Both the position numbers and the translations under genes were made by a program. A stretch of DNA of 64,000 nucleotides from Nannocystis bainbridge (GTDB lineage: Bacteria > Myxococcota_A > Polyangia > Nannocystales > Nannocystaceae): positions 1,056,001 to 1,120,000 of the forward strand of contig NZ_JAQNDL010000003.1 in NCBI RefSeq assembly GCF_028368995.1, read 5' to 3'. Within the stretch, counting starts at the first letter, position 1; each line of letters opens with the position of its first letter. Below the pieces are notes generated by a model. The model ran no database searches. It was not told the DNA's origin and was given only the letters and a program-made list of their open reading frames with translations. Shown here one piece after another: positions 31,145 to 39,775 of this stretch.

Positions 31145-31990
31145 CTAGCGTCCGGGCAGCTTCGGGGCGGTCGGCGCCGTCGGCTTCGACGGCATGCTCG
31201 GCGCCGATGGGGTGCTCGGCGTCGACGGGGTCGTCGGCGTCGTCGGCGTCTTGGGCATCTGCGGCGTCTTCGGCACCTTCGGCACCTCGGCCTTCTTCTT
31301 CTTCTTCTTCGGCTTCTTCTTGGCGGTCGAAGGCGCCGCGCACACGGTCTCGAAGGTCGACAGCTCGAAGCCCGACGGCGCGAACGCCCCGCCGGCCAGC
31401 TCGCTGCGCTCGAGCGAGACGTAGAGGCACGGCAGCCGCGGCTCCTCGTCCTCGGCCACCGCGGCGCACTGGTCCTCGCGGGTGTTCGGCGGCACCGCCA
31501 TCGAGGCGTACCAGGCCGAGCCGATCTTCTCGCGGAACTGGGCCACGACCACCAGGTGCGTGGTGTTCGGCTTGAGCGCGATCGTCATCTTGTCGCGCGT
31601 CAGCTTGTCGTCGGTCGACGGGTAGGCGACCAGCTCGCGCTTGTCGACGTACTCGTCGCCGAACACCTTCTCGCCCTCGTTGGCGATCGCGTCCGGGTCG
31701 AGCGGCTGGTCGAGGCTGGTGATGCCCTTGAGCTGGTAGACCACCAGCGTCGTCGGCCACGACTCGCCGCCCTCGCCGACGTTGACCACGTCGGACACCT
31801 GAACTAGCGCCTGCACGCCCGGCTGGGCCTCGCACGGCGGCTTCGACTCGTCACCGGCCCGGCAGCCGAACGCCGCCGCAGCCAACACCAGCGCCGCGGG
31901 CCACACGACCGCCGACGGCACCCTTCCCTCGCGCCCTGTCACAGCGGCGAAGGTAGCAGAAACCGTCGCAGCTCCAGCACGGCGATTCAC
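31145..31990 (-). CDS. tssJ: T6SS lipoprotein TssJ with a Lys/Pro/Thr-rich tail
   Basis: Lipobox AFGC; VNVGEGGESWPTTLVVYQLK and HLVVVAQFR; directly upstream of tssK. The true start may be about 70 bp downstream of 31990. Confidence 0.85.
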   Translation of the reverse strand: MNRRAGAATVSATFAAVTGREGRVPSAVVWPAALVLAAAAFGCRAGDESKPPCEAQPGVQALVQVSDVVNVGEGGESWPTTLVVYQLKGITSLDQPLDPDAIANEGEKVFGDEYVDKRELVAYPSTDDKLTRDKMTIALKPNTTHLVVVAQFREKIGSAWYASMAVPPNTREDQCAAVAEDEEPRLPCLYVSLERSELAGGAFAPSGFELSTFETVCAAPSTAKKKPKKKKKKAEVPKVPKTPQMPKTPTTPTTPSTPSTPSAPSMPSKPTAPTAPKLPGR

Positions 31991-32020
31991 CGTGCGCGAC
32001 GCCGCCCATGCGCTCGCGGC

Positions 32021-33787
32021 TCACACGAGCGTCGGTGTGACACCGGTCGACTGCAGCGGCGACTCGTCGTCGGCGCGCGCGAACAGCTCCACGAGATCGC
32101 CGCGGCGCAGCTCCGCCACCTGCGCGACGATATCGCGCCCCGACAGCGAGCGACGCAGCGCCACCACGACGTCGAAGCAGCCCGCCACGTAGGCCCGCAG
32201 ATGGGTCGGATCGGCGCCCGCCGACGTCAGCGCCAGCGTGGCCTGCATCCGCTCGAGCCCGACCTCGACGTTGTCGGCCGCGAGCACCGCGACCGTCGCC
32301 CCGCCGGGGCGCCGCGCCGTCGCGCACAGCTCCGCGACCTCGACCCCGCCGAGGTCCTGTACGAACAGAAAGTCGGGTCGCATCCGCGCCGCGCTGCGGA
32401 CCGCCGCGGTGGCGTCGCGGGCCGCGTCGAGGACGATCGCCCGGCTCGCCAGCGCGGCCGCGATCGGCCCGCGGTGGACCGCGACCACCCGCGCGTCGCC
32501 GGGCAGCTCGCTGGCCATCGCCCCGAGCAGCGCGCCGGTGTCGGCGCGGGTCGATGCGCACACAAGGAAATTCAGGCGCTGCCGCAGCGCCGCGGACAGC
32601 ATCTCGGCGGCCGCGGGCGACAGCGTCTTGCGCTCGCCGAGCGCGGCCAACGACAGCGTATCGCCCGCCGCGCGGGTCAGCACGAGGATCGGGCCCGAGG
32701 CCGCGATCGGGCGCCCGATCGCGTGCACGGCCACGCCGGCCTCGGTGACGCCGTCGACGATCGGCGCCGACGCCGTCGTGCGGGTGCCGACCAGGCGCTC
32801 GAGCGCGAGCCCGACCGCCTGCTCGCACGAGAAGCGGGCCGGGTGGCGCGAGCGCTGCTCGCCGCGCCGGACCTCGATGTGGCTGGCGCCGGCGACCAGC
32901 ACCTCCGACACCGCGGCGTCGGCGAGGATGTCGTCGAGCGGACCGGTGCCCGCGACCTCCTGGGCCAGCCAATCGATCCACTGCCGCCGCTGGCGCGGAT
33001 CGGCCATCGTCAGCGTGCGCTCGACGATCTCGCGCGCGGCCGCGAGCGCGCGCACCCGCGCTTGCGGCCCCGGGGGCTCGCCGAGCAGCGCCTCCGAGGT
33101 CTGGCGGAACGCCAGCGCGAGCGCGTCGTCGAGCGTGCGCGGCGGCTCGGGGTCGGGCTCGGTGCGTCGCGGCGAGACCGCGGTGCGGCGCACATCCGCG
33201 CCGTACGGACGGGCGGGGACGTCGGGGGCGTCAGGAGAGATCCGGAACGATCCGCTGCCGGCCGGGCCGACCTGCTCGACCGTGCGGGCGGGGATGCGCT
33301 CGACGTCGTGGGCCGCGATCGGGTCGGTCGGGGTCGGCTCGGCCGAGCCGAGCAGCAAGTCCGGCGGCTCGCCGATCGGCTCCGGACCGCCCTGGAACTC
33401 GTCGTATTCGCCCTGCGGCTCGCCCTCGCCGTAGGCCTGCGGATCCTCGAAGTCAGGCCCGCCGCCATACGACTCCTGGACCTCGTGGCCCTCCTCGGCC
33501 CGCTCGAAGTGGAGCGTGAACACGCCGATGTCGACCGCGTCGTGCGGCGCCAGCACCACCGGCCCCCGCACCATCTCACCGTTGACGAAGGTGCCGTTGG
33601 TCGAGTTGTTGTCGACCAGGACGATGCCCTCTTCGTTCTCGATCACGCGGGCGTGGACGCTCGACACGCGGTTGTTCGGCAACACCACGTGGTTGCGGTC
33701 GACGCGACCGACCGTGATCTGCGGCAGCGTGAACTCGTGAACCTCGTCCTGACTGGAGTCTTGGCGGCGGATCGTGACGCGGATCAT
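32021..33787 (-). CDS. FHA domain fused to a degenerate CpaF/TadA-family secretion ATPase
   Basis: FHA motifs VGRVDRN, VSSVHA, NSTNGTFVNG. CpaF-like GTGPLDDILADAAVSEVLV, PIVDG, RMRPD, FDVVV. Walker A and His boxes are not conserved. Confidence 0.85.
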   Translation of the reverse strand: MIRVTIRRQDSSQDEVHEFTLPQITVGRVDRNHVVLPNNRVSSVHARVIENEEGIVLVDNNSTNGTFVNGEMVRGPVVLAPHDAVDIGVFTLHFERAEEGHEVQESYGGGPDFEDPQAYGEGEPQGEYDEFQGGPEPIGEPPDLLLGSAEPTPTDPIAAHDVERIPARTVEQVGPAGSGSFRISPDAPDVPARPYGADVRRTAVSPRRTEPDPEPPRTLDDALALAFRQTSEALLGEPPGPQARVRALAAAREIVERTLTMADPRQRRQWIDWLAQEVAGTGPLDDILADAAVSEVLVAGASHIEVRRGEQRSRHPARFSCEQAVGLALERLVGTRTTASAPIVDGVTEAGVAVHAIGRPIAASGPILVLTRAAGDTLSLAALGERKTLSPAAAEMLSAALRQRLNFLVCASTRADTGALLGAMASELPGDARVVAVHRGPIAAALASRAIVLDAARDATAAVRSAARMRPDFLFVQDLGGVEVAELCATARRPGGATVAVLAADNVEVGLERMQATLALTSAGADPTHLRAYVAGCFDVVVALRRSLSGRDIVAQVAELRRGDLVELFARADDESPLQSTGVTPTLV

Positions 33788-33873
33788 CAGTGGTTGCTCC
33801 CGCGCGCGCGCGGCGGTCTGCTCGACATGATTGACTCGAGTCGGGCGGGAAGGTAAGGACCCTATGGTACCCA

Positions 33874-34566
33874 ATGAGCCAGGTGGAGCGGCACATGAAT
33901 CTGCGGGCGCCTGCGAACTCCGACCTTCGAGGCAAGCTCGCCTGGCGTCGGCCCCTCGCGGTGCTCCTCCTCACGGCCACGGCGCTGGTCGCGAGCGCAT
34001 GCGCTCGCCGGCTCGATCTCACTCCGGGTGAGTTCGGGCGCATCAAGGACAAGGACTCCGAGCTCAAGACCCTGCGCGTGGTCCCCAACAAGACGCTCAT
34101 CTCGATTTACCGCGAGTCGTCGGTCAATCAGAGCTACGAGGTCAACAAGCGCAAGATCACCGAGCGCGGCGCCTACCGCCCGCTCGAGCGCATCATCGGC
34201 AAGAACACCCCCGGCAAGGTCGTCGGCACCAGCGAGCAGAACGGCATGCCGGTGCTGTGGGTCAGCTTCGACAACGAGTGCGAAGACACGGCCTGCAGCT
34301 ACGCCTTCGCCCAGACCGAGCTCGATCGCTACACCTTGATCAAGGTCCCCGACCGCGAGAAGTACGACGAGCCGGTCAGCTACCGCCGCAACTCCTTCAA
34401 GCGCAACCAGCTGCGCTACACCAAGCAGCGCTCGCTCGCCGAGGCCAACGAGGTGTTCGCGGTCGTGCGCAAGTCGGGCAAGGTCCTCACCATCGACCTG
34501 CAGATCCGCAAGGACGTCTACCGCCCGACCCGCTCCGCCGTCGAGCGCGCCGGCGGCGCCGACTGA
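33874..34566 (+). CDS. Hypothetical lipoprotein
   Basis: Signal with LVASAC; strongly GC3-biased codons; basic composition. Confidence 0.75.
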   Translation: MSQVERHMNLRAPANSDLRGKLAWRRPLAVLLLTATALVASACARRLDLTPGEFGRIKDKDSELKTLRVVPNKTLISIYRESSVNQSYEVNKRKITERGAYRPLERIIGKNTPGKVVGTSEQNGMPVLWVSFDNECEDTACSYAFAQTELDRYTLIKVPDREKYDEPVSYRRNSFKRNQLRYTKQRSLAEANEVFAVVRKSGKVLTIDLQIRKDVYRPTRSAVERAGGAD

Positions 34567-34577
34567 ACCTGTCCGTA

Positions 34578-34713
34578 CGGACAGCTCCCTCCCGCCCCGC
34601 GCGATCGCCTGACCCTCGAGTCAGGTGGTCGCGCGCTCGCGTTGCTCCCGCCCCCGCGCGATCGCCTGACCCTCGAGTCAGGTGGTCGCGCGCTCGCGTT
34701 TGCCCGGACAGCT
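34578..34713 (+). repeat. Tandem pair of ~56-bp hairpin units flanked by 9-bp direct repeats (REP/BIME/MITE-like)
   Basis: Units at 34589-34643 and 34645-34700, each with a 16-bp stem CGCGCGATCGCCTGAC/GTCAGGTGGTCGCGCG; CGGACAGCT at 34578 and 34705. Confidence 0.85.
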
Positions 34714-35025
34714 GCCCGCGGCGGCCCTCCGGCGGCAGATCTGCTCCCGCGCCGAAGCGCCCGTTCGATCGGCCGGGCGAACCCCAGTTCGCCGGATGTC
34801 CCCGCGCCACCCGGTGCGGGCGTCGATCTCCTCGGCCCCGCGTCGTCGAGGATGATCTCGTCGCCGGCGCTGCCGGTCCCATGCACCGCGACGTGGGCAG
34901 CACGTCCCGGACTCTGTCGTCCCCGCACCGCTGCAGCCGTCCCCGCCCGTGCCCGCCGGTCCGGCTCGCCTTTCGTGACGTCCATCGGACAGACCTCCGC
35001 CGATCACTGCGTGCCGCCCTCGGCT

Positions 35026-35064
35026 ACGCATGTCTTATGAGACATGTTTCAATGGACACATGAC
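35026..35064. repeat. 14-bp-phased CATG array
   Basis: CATG at 35029 and 35043, CACA at 35057. Confidence 0.75.
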
Positions 35065-35155
35065 CGTGTTGCTCTCCGCTCGCCGGCGCAACTCATGAGC
35101 GACCCCATCGACGAGCATCACCCGGGATCGACCCGTGCTCCTGCTCTGCCGCCCT

Positions 35156-36493
35156 TCACGGATCGACGCGATAGCGATCGATGAACGGTCCGCGATCGTC
35201 CGACTCGTCGTCCTCGGTGCCGTTGTCGTCGAGCCACAGCGAGACCAGCAGATCGACCGTGCCGTCCGGCTGCGGATCGGCGAAGACCCCCGCCGGCTCG
35301 AGGTCGAGCGGGAGCTCGATCGCCTCGTCCCCGCGCGTGCGACCGACCTGCGGATGCACCACCAGCTTGCGCGGCTCGGGCAGCGCGTACACCAGCGCCG
35401 GGTAACCGCTCGCGTCGAGGTCGAGCAGCACGAGGTGGACGTAGTAGACGGGCGGGCCGAACGGCGCGTTCGTCTGCGTGGGGCCCGCGTCGGTCCAGGC
35501 GGCGACCCGGGTGAACCTCCCGCCTGTCTCGCCCCGCGCGACCGCAAACTCCCCCGGCTGCTGCCCCTGTCCGGCCACGAACGTGGTCGCCGCGCCGACG
35601 AGGTCGACGACACCATCGGTGTCGACATCCCGTGCGAGCACCGTCGCCGCCATGGGCGGCAACACGGGCGCGTCGTTCAGCGTCCCCGGCGTGAGCATGC
35701 CTTGCGCGTCGCTCCACATCGTCCACACGCGCCCGACTCCGTCCACGAGCACCAGGTCGTCGCGCCCGTCGGCGTCGAGGTCGACGACCACCGTGACGAT
35801 GTTGTCCCGCGCCACGAATGGCCCCAGATCCAGCTCTTGCTCGAGCTCGAACATCTGCCCCGGCGGCGCGCCCGGCTTCGCCCGAAACACGTACGCCCGG
35901 TGCAGGTTGGTCGCGAACACCAGATCGGTTGCGCCGTCGCCGTCGAAGTCGCCGAATGCCCCGTCGAACCGGCTCTCCGGGTCGCCGTGGTACTCCGGCC
36001 TGTACTCCCAGAACAGGTACCGCTCGTAGTCGAACTGGTACCCCGGGCGCGTATGGAGCACGATGCCGCCGAACGCGACTGCCTGGACGTCGTACGACCA
36101 GTACTCGTACTGCATCAGCGCCAGCAGGTCGCTGAAGCCATCACCGTCGAAATCTCGGCCGCTCGCGCGGTAGACCGTGTGTTCCAGGCCGTCCTCACCG
36201 CGAAACTCCCCCCGGTACAAAACATCCCAGGAGTGCGGGCCTTCCCTCGTCACGCGATAGTTGCCGCTGTACCCCTCCCCATCCACGTAATAGTCGCGCG
36301 AACCATCACCGCCGAAGTCGCCCGCGAGGAAGACCCCGCCGCCGATTGGGGTCGGCTTCCGCTCGACCTTGAGACAGACCTCCCCATCGACCGAGATCCC
36401 GTCGCCGCAGTGGCGGAACGATGGCGACGGCGCCATCTCGTCGCCGCAGGCGGCAACGAGTACGAGCACGGCCAGCGCTCGTCGAAGGGGCAT
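35156..36493 (-). CDS. FG-GAP repeat lipoprotein
   Basis: MPLRRALAVLVLVAAC lipobox; DFDGDG, DLDADG and DVDTDG repeats. Confidence 0.8.
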   Translation of the reverse strand: MPLRRALAVLVLVAACGDEMAPSPSFRHCGDGISVDGEVCLKVERKPTPIGGGVFLAGDFGGDGSRDYYVDGEGYSGNYRVTREGPHSWDVLYRGEFRGEDGLEHTVYRASGRDFDGDGFSDLLALMQYEYWSYDVQAVAFGGIVLHTRPGYQFDYERYLFWEYRPEYHGDPESRFDGAFGDFDGDGATDLVFATNLHRAYVFRAKPGAPPGQMFELEQELDLGPFVARDNIVTVVVDLDADGRDDLVLVDGVGRVWTMWSDAQGMLTPGTLNDAPVLPPMAATVLARDVDTDGVVDLVGAATTFVAGQGQQPGEFAVARGETGGRFTRVAAWTDAGPTQTNAPFGPPVYYVHLVLLDLDASGYPALVYALPEPRKLVVHPQVGRTRGDEAIELPLDLEPAGVFADPQPDGTVDLLVSLWLDDNGTEDDESDDRGPFIDRYRVDP

Positions 36494-36618
36494 GGTCCGA
36501 CACCCTAGCGCGCGCATGTGTGCCTGTCCAGGTCGCGCCGACGACGACGGAGGAACAGGGGCGCGAGCCCAAGGAGCCACGCGCCGCTCGCGGGTTCCGT
36601 CGCGCAGCCGCAGCGAGG

Positions 36619-37206
36619 CTACACTTGCCGGTCGGGATCGGTCCGTCGTCGGTCGGGACATAGCCGGGCTCGGTCGGCCGTTCGTCGAGGAAGCTGCGGA
36701 TCTGGCTGGCATTCGCGACGCAGTTCGGCCCGTGAACAGGGGTCGATACGCCCGCGTTGGCGATCTGCGAGATCGCGCTGCACTTGTTGTCGTAGGTGAG
36801 CTCGGAGTACAGGCGCCCGATAGCGAACGTGCCCATGAAGTCGGCGAGTGTCTCCCTCAAGGAGAGGCTCTCGTCGGTGCTGTCGAGCACGCAGGCCGGC
36901 TTGCACATCATGTCCCCGGGGCCCCCGCAGCCGCTGCCGACGACGCCGTAACCCGGCGCCCTCAGCCATCGGCACGGCGATCGGCGCCCCGCGGCGCAAC
37001 CAGCCGACGGGAGACCCGTTGCCGTGCACGAAGACCTCCGTACAGCAGCTCGCGCCCGGGGCACAGGGCTCGTCACACGAGTCCGCGGCGGCCTCGATCG
37101 CCCGCGCCCCGACCTCCTCCGCGCTATCATCACAACCGGCCGATAACGCCAACGCCAACAAACAAACCTGTGAGTCACGCACCTGCTCGATTCCTCCTGC
37201 CACCAT
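36619..37206 (-). pseudogene. Frameshifted Cys-rich lipoprotein gene
   Basis: The N-terminus (LLALALSAGC, Cys-rich) reads in one frame; coding-like codons switch frame at about 36952-36954 (GYGVVGSGCGGPG...). Confidence 0.6.
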
Positions 37207-37393
37207 GGGCATACGCGAGTGAAGCAGCGTCACCCGCCCTGTCCAGGCACCGCCCATTTGCGTTCCCACGCGAACAGCCGTTGGGGGTACGCAGCTCGGG
37301 TTGCAGGTGTAAACGACGTCCGAGGCTTCGCGCTCCCTCGCTCGCCTCCAGAGCGCTGGCCCCCGCCCTCGTGATGCGGAGGCTGCGCTCAGT

Positions 37394-37440
37394 ATCATGC
37401 CGAGCGATAGGACATGTTCACAAGAACATGTCTGTTCGGA
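37394..37440. repeat. 14-bp-phased CATG array
   Basis: CATG at 37413 and 37427 (GGACATGTTC-ACAA-GAACATGTCT). Confidence 0.8.
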
Positions 37441-37461
37441 GTCCCGCGACCTCGCGGTGGT

Positions 37462-38409
37462 CTACCCGCCTGTGGGCACCTGCGTCGTGTTCTCGAGCCG
37501 CGTGCGGGTCCAGGCGCTGCGCGGGGCGATGAACACCCCGTCGCGGAACACCAGCGGGCGCTTCTCGGCGGCGTCGATGCGCTCCTCGCAGGGCGTCGCG
37601 GTGTTCTTGGGGTCGCAGTCCTTGCTGCGGATCGTCTCGTCGACGATCGGCACGCCCTTCTCGAACTTGAGCAGGCGGACCAGGTCGTAGCGGCGGATCC
37701 ACCCGTCCTTGAGCGTCAGCTCGAAGTGGTCCGAGAGCACGAAGCGAGCCGGGCCGATGTCGACCCCGTCCTCGATCATCGGCGCGCTGACGAACCGCTG
37801 CTCGACCAGCGGCAGCAGCTGGGCCTCGCGCGAGCACTTGGCCCCGGGCTGGTCTTTGGGACAGTTCTCGCTCTCGACCACCAGCACCTTGGCGTCGACG
37901 CCGAGCGGCTCCAGGCGCAGGCGGGGCCGCTGGGCCGGGGCCTGGACGCTGCCGATCCCGCGGACCTCGAGGCCGCGCTCGACCCATCGGACCAGCGCGA
38001 CCGGGCCGAGCGCGTCGCCGTTGCCGAGGTCCTGGATCCGCGCCCACACCAGCAGCGCCCCGTCCTCGCCCTGCGTGAACGTCACGTCGCCGTCGCCGAG
38101 GCGGCGCTTGTCGAGCGGTCGCGCGGTGGCCCGCGGATCCTCCTTGAGGTTGTCCGGCCAGGTCACCTCGATCGGCCGGCCGCTGCACTCGCGCGGCTCG
38201 TCCGGCGGCTCCATCGCCATGCGATTGAAGTTGCGGACCAGCACCGAGTACCACACGTCGACCGGCAGGGTCTGGGTGTCCGCCTCGTTGGCGCGCTCGG
38301 CCGCCACCATCGACGGGCAGACCGGCATGTCGCGGTCCTTCGGCTTGCAAGCGCCGGCGGCGAGGAGCAGCGCCGTCCCGGCGAACATCGTCATCATCGA
38401 CCTACGCAT
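37462..38409 (-). CDS. Uncharacterised lipoprotein coupled to the T6SS FHA gene
   Basis: Lipobox AAGAC; start overlaps the stop of tagH by 8 bp; six further Cys. Confidence 0.8.
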   Translation of the reverse strand: MRRSMMTMFAGTALLLAAGACKPKDRDMPVCPSMVAAERANEADTQTLPVDVWYSVLVRNFNRMAMEPPDEPRECSGRPIEVTWPDNLKEDPRATARPLDKRRLGDGDVTFTQGEDGALLVWARIQDLGNGDALGPVALVRWVERGLEVRGIGSVQAPAQRPRLRLEPLGVDAKVLVVESENCPKDQPGAKCSREAQLLPLVEQRFVSAPMIEDGVDIGPARFVLSDHFELTLKDGWIRRYDLVRLLKFEKGVPIVDETIRSKDCDPKNTATPCEERIDAAEKRPLVFRDGVFIAPRSAWTRTRLENTTQVPTGG

Positions 38410-39775
38410 CTTCGTCCTCCTCGGCGTCTTCGCCGGACTGCACGCGGATCCCGGCGCGCGCGAGCTCCTCGCGGATCGCTCGCCCGGCCGCCGTGCGGAA
38501 CACCTTGCCCAGACCCTCGTCGCCGTCGCCGAACACCGACTCGTAGCGCTCCTCGAAGCGGCGCCACAGCGCCCCCGCGCGGGTCGGCCAGGCCGCCGTC
38601 ACCGAGCGCTCGATCTCCCGCGGCGACAGCGTCTCGCCGACCTTCTGCCCGCCGCTCACCGTCCCGCGCAGCGCCCCGCGCAGGTGGGCCATCGCCGCCG
38701 CGAACACCTCCGCCAGCTGGTGCGCCCGCTCCTCGCGGGTCGCTCGCCAGTCGAGCAAGTAGCGCAGCAGGTCCGCGTCCGACTCGGCGATCAGCAGCGG
38801 GTTCTCGTCGCCGTCGACGCGCACCCCGAGCTCGCCGCCCTGGCGGTGCATCAGCTCCTGCAGCTCGACGGTGGCGACCGCGAAGGCCCGCAGCGCGGCG
38901 ACGCAGCGGTCGAGGAAGCGGCGGGTCTCGTCGACGTTGCCGGGCGGGCGCAGGCCCTCGAGCAGCTGCTCGGCCGCCTGCGCGACCGCCCCGAGCTCGG
39001 CCTGCTGATAGAACTCGGCGCCGCCGTGGTCGAGCGCGGCCGGGCCCTCGCTACCTGTCCCGAAGGACAGCGGCGGGAACTCGCGCTGCAGCAGCAGCGC
39101 CTCGCCGCGGTCGCGCCCGGTCGACAGCTCGGCCATCGACTCGCCGAGGGCCGCGTCCCAGGCCATGTGGCCCTCGCGCAGCTTCTCGTACAGCGGCCGC
39201 AGGCGCAGGATCGCCTGGTGCAGCCGCGACAGGTTCATCTGCTGCGTCCCGCCCTCGGGCATCAGCGACGGCGGCTCGTCGCCGTCGCCGAGCTCGCCCT
39301 GCGCCGACCGGCGGTCGCGCATGTGCAGCTCGTCCGGCGGCGTCGGCCCCGGCGCCCCGCCGCGCGGGCGGGCCCCGCGAGGAGCTGGCTCTTCGAACAG
39401 GTCCGGAGGGCCAGATTGCTGCTGTTGCTGCGGCTGCTGGGCGCCCTCGACCTTGTGCTCGATCAGCAGCTCGACCGGGCCGATGGCGATCTTGACGCGG
39501 CCGCGGACCTCGACCCGGCCGCCGGACGCGACCCGCTGGCCGTCGACGCTGAGGCCGTTGGCGCCGCCGAGGTCCTCGACGCGGGCGCCGCGGGCGTCGA
39601 ACTTGGCGACCGCGTGCCACGACGACACGAACTTGTAGGGCAGCTGCAGCTCGTTGCCCGGGTCGCGACCGATGCGCACCGGGCCGCGCTGGAACTCGTG
39701 GCGCTTCGAGCGGTGCTCCTCGGTGTCGATCACCGTCACGACCAGGCTGAACTTCGGGACCTGTCCTTTGATCAA
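38402..39775 (-). CDS. tagH: T6SS-associated FHA protein (TagH/Fha-like)
   Basis: FHA motifs IGRDPGN, VSSWHA, GGANG; C-terminal ENPL...HLRGALRG...LSPREIE...LWRRFEERY. TTG start overlapping the tssG stop is inferred. Confidence 0.8.
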   Translation of the reverse strand: MIKGQVPKFSLVVTVIDTEEHRSKRHEFQRGPVRIGRDPGNELQLPYKFVSSWHAVAKFDARGARVEDLGGANGLSVDGQRVASGGRVEVRGRVKIAIGPVELLIEHKVEGAQQPQQQQQSGPPDLFEEPAPRGARPRGGAPGPTPPDELHMRDRRSAQGELGDGDEPPSLMPEGGTQQMNLSRLHQAILRLRPLYEKLREGHMAWDAALGESMAELSTGRDRGEALLLQREFPPLSFGTGSEGPAALDHGGAEFYQQAELGAVAQAAEQLLEGLRPPGNVDETRRFLDRCVAALRAFAVATVELQELMHRQGGELGVRVDGDENPLLIAESDADLLRYLLDWRATREERAHQLAEVFAAAMAHLRGALRGTVSGGQKVGETLSPREIERSVTAAWPTRAGALWRRFEERYESVFGDGDEGLGKVFRTAAGRAIREELARAGIRVQSGEDAEEDEDA

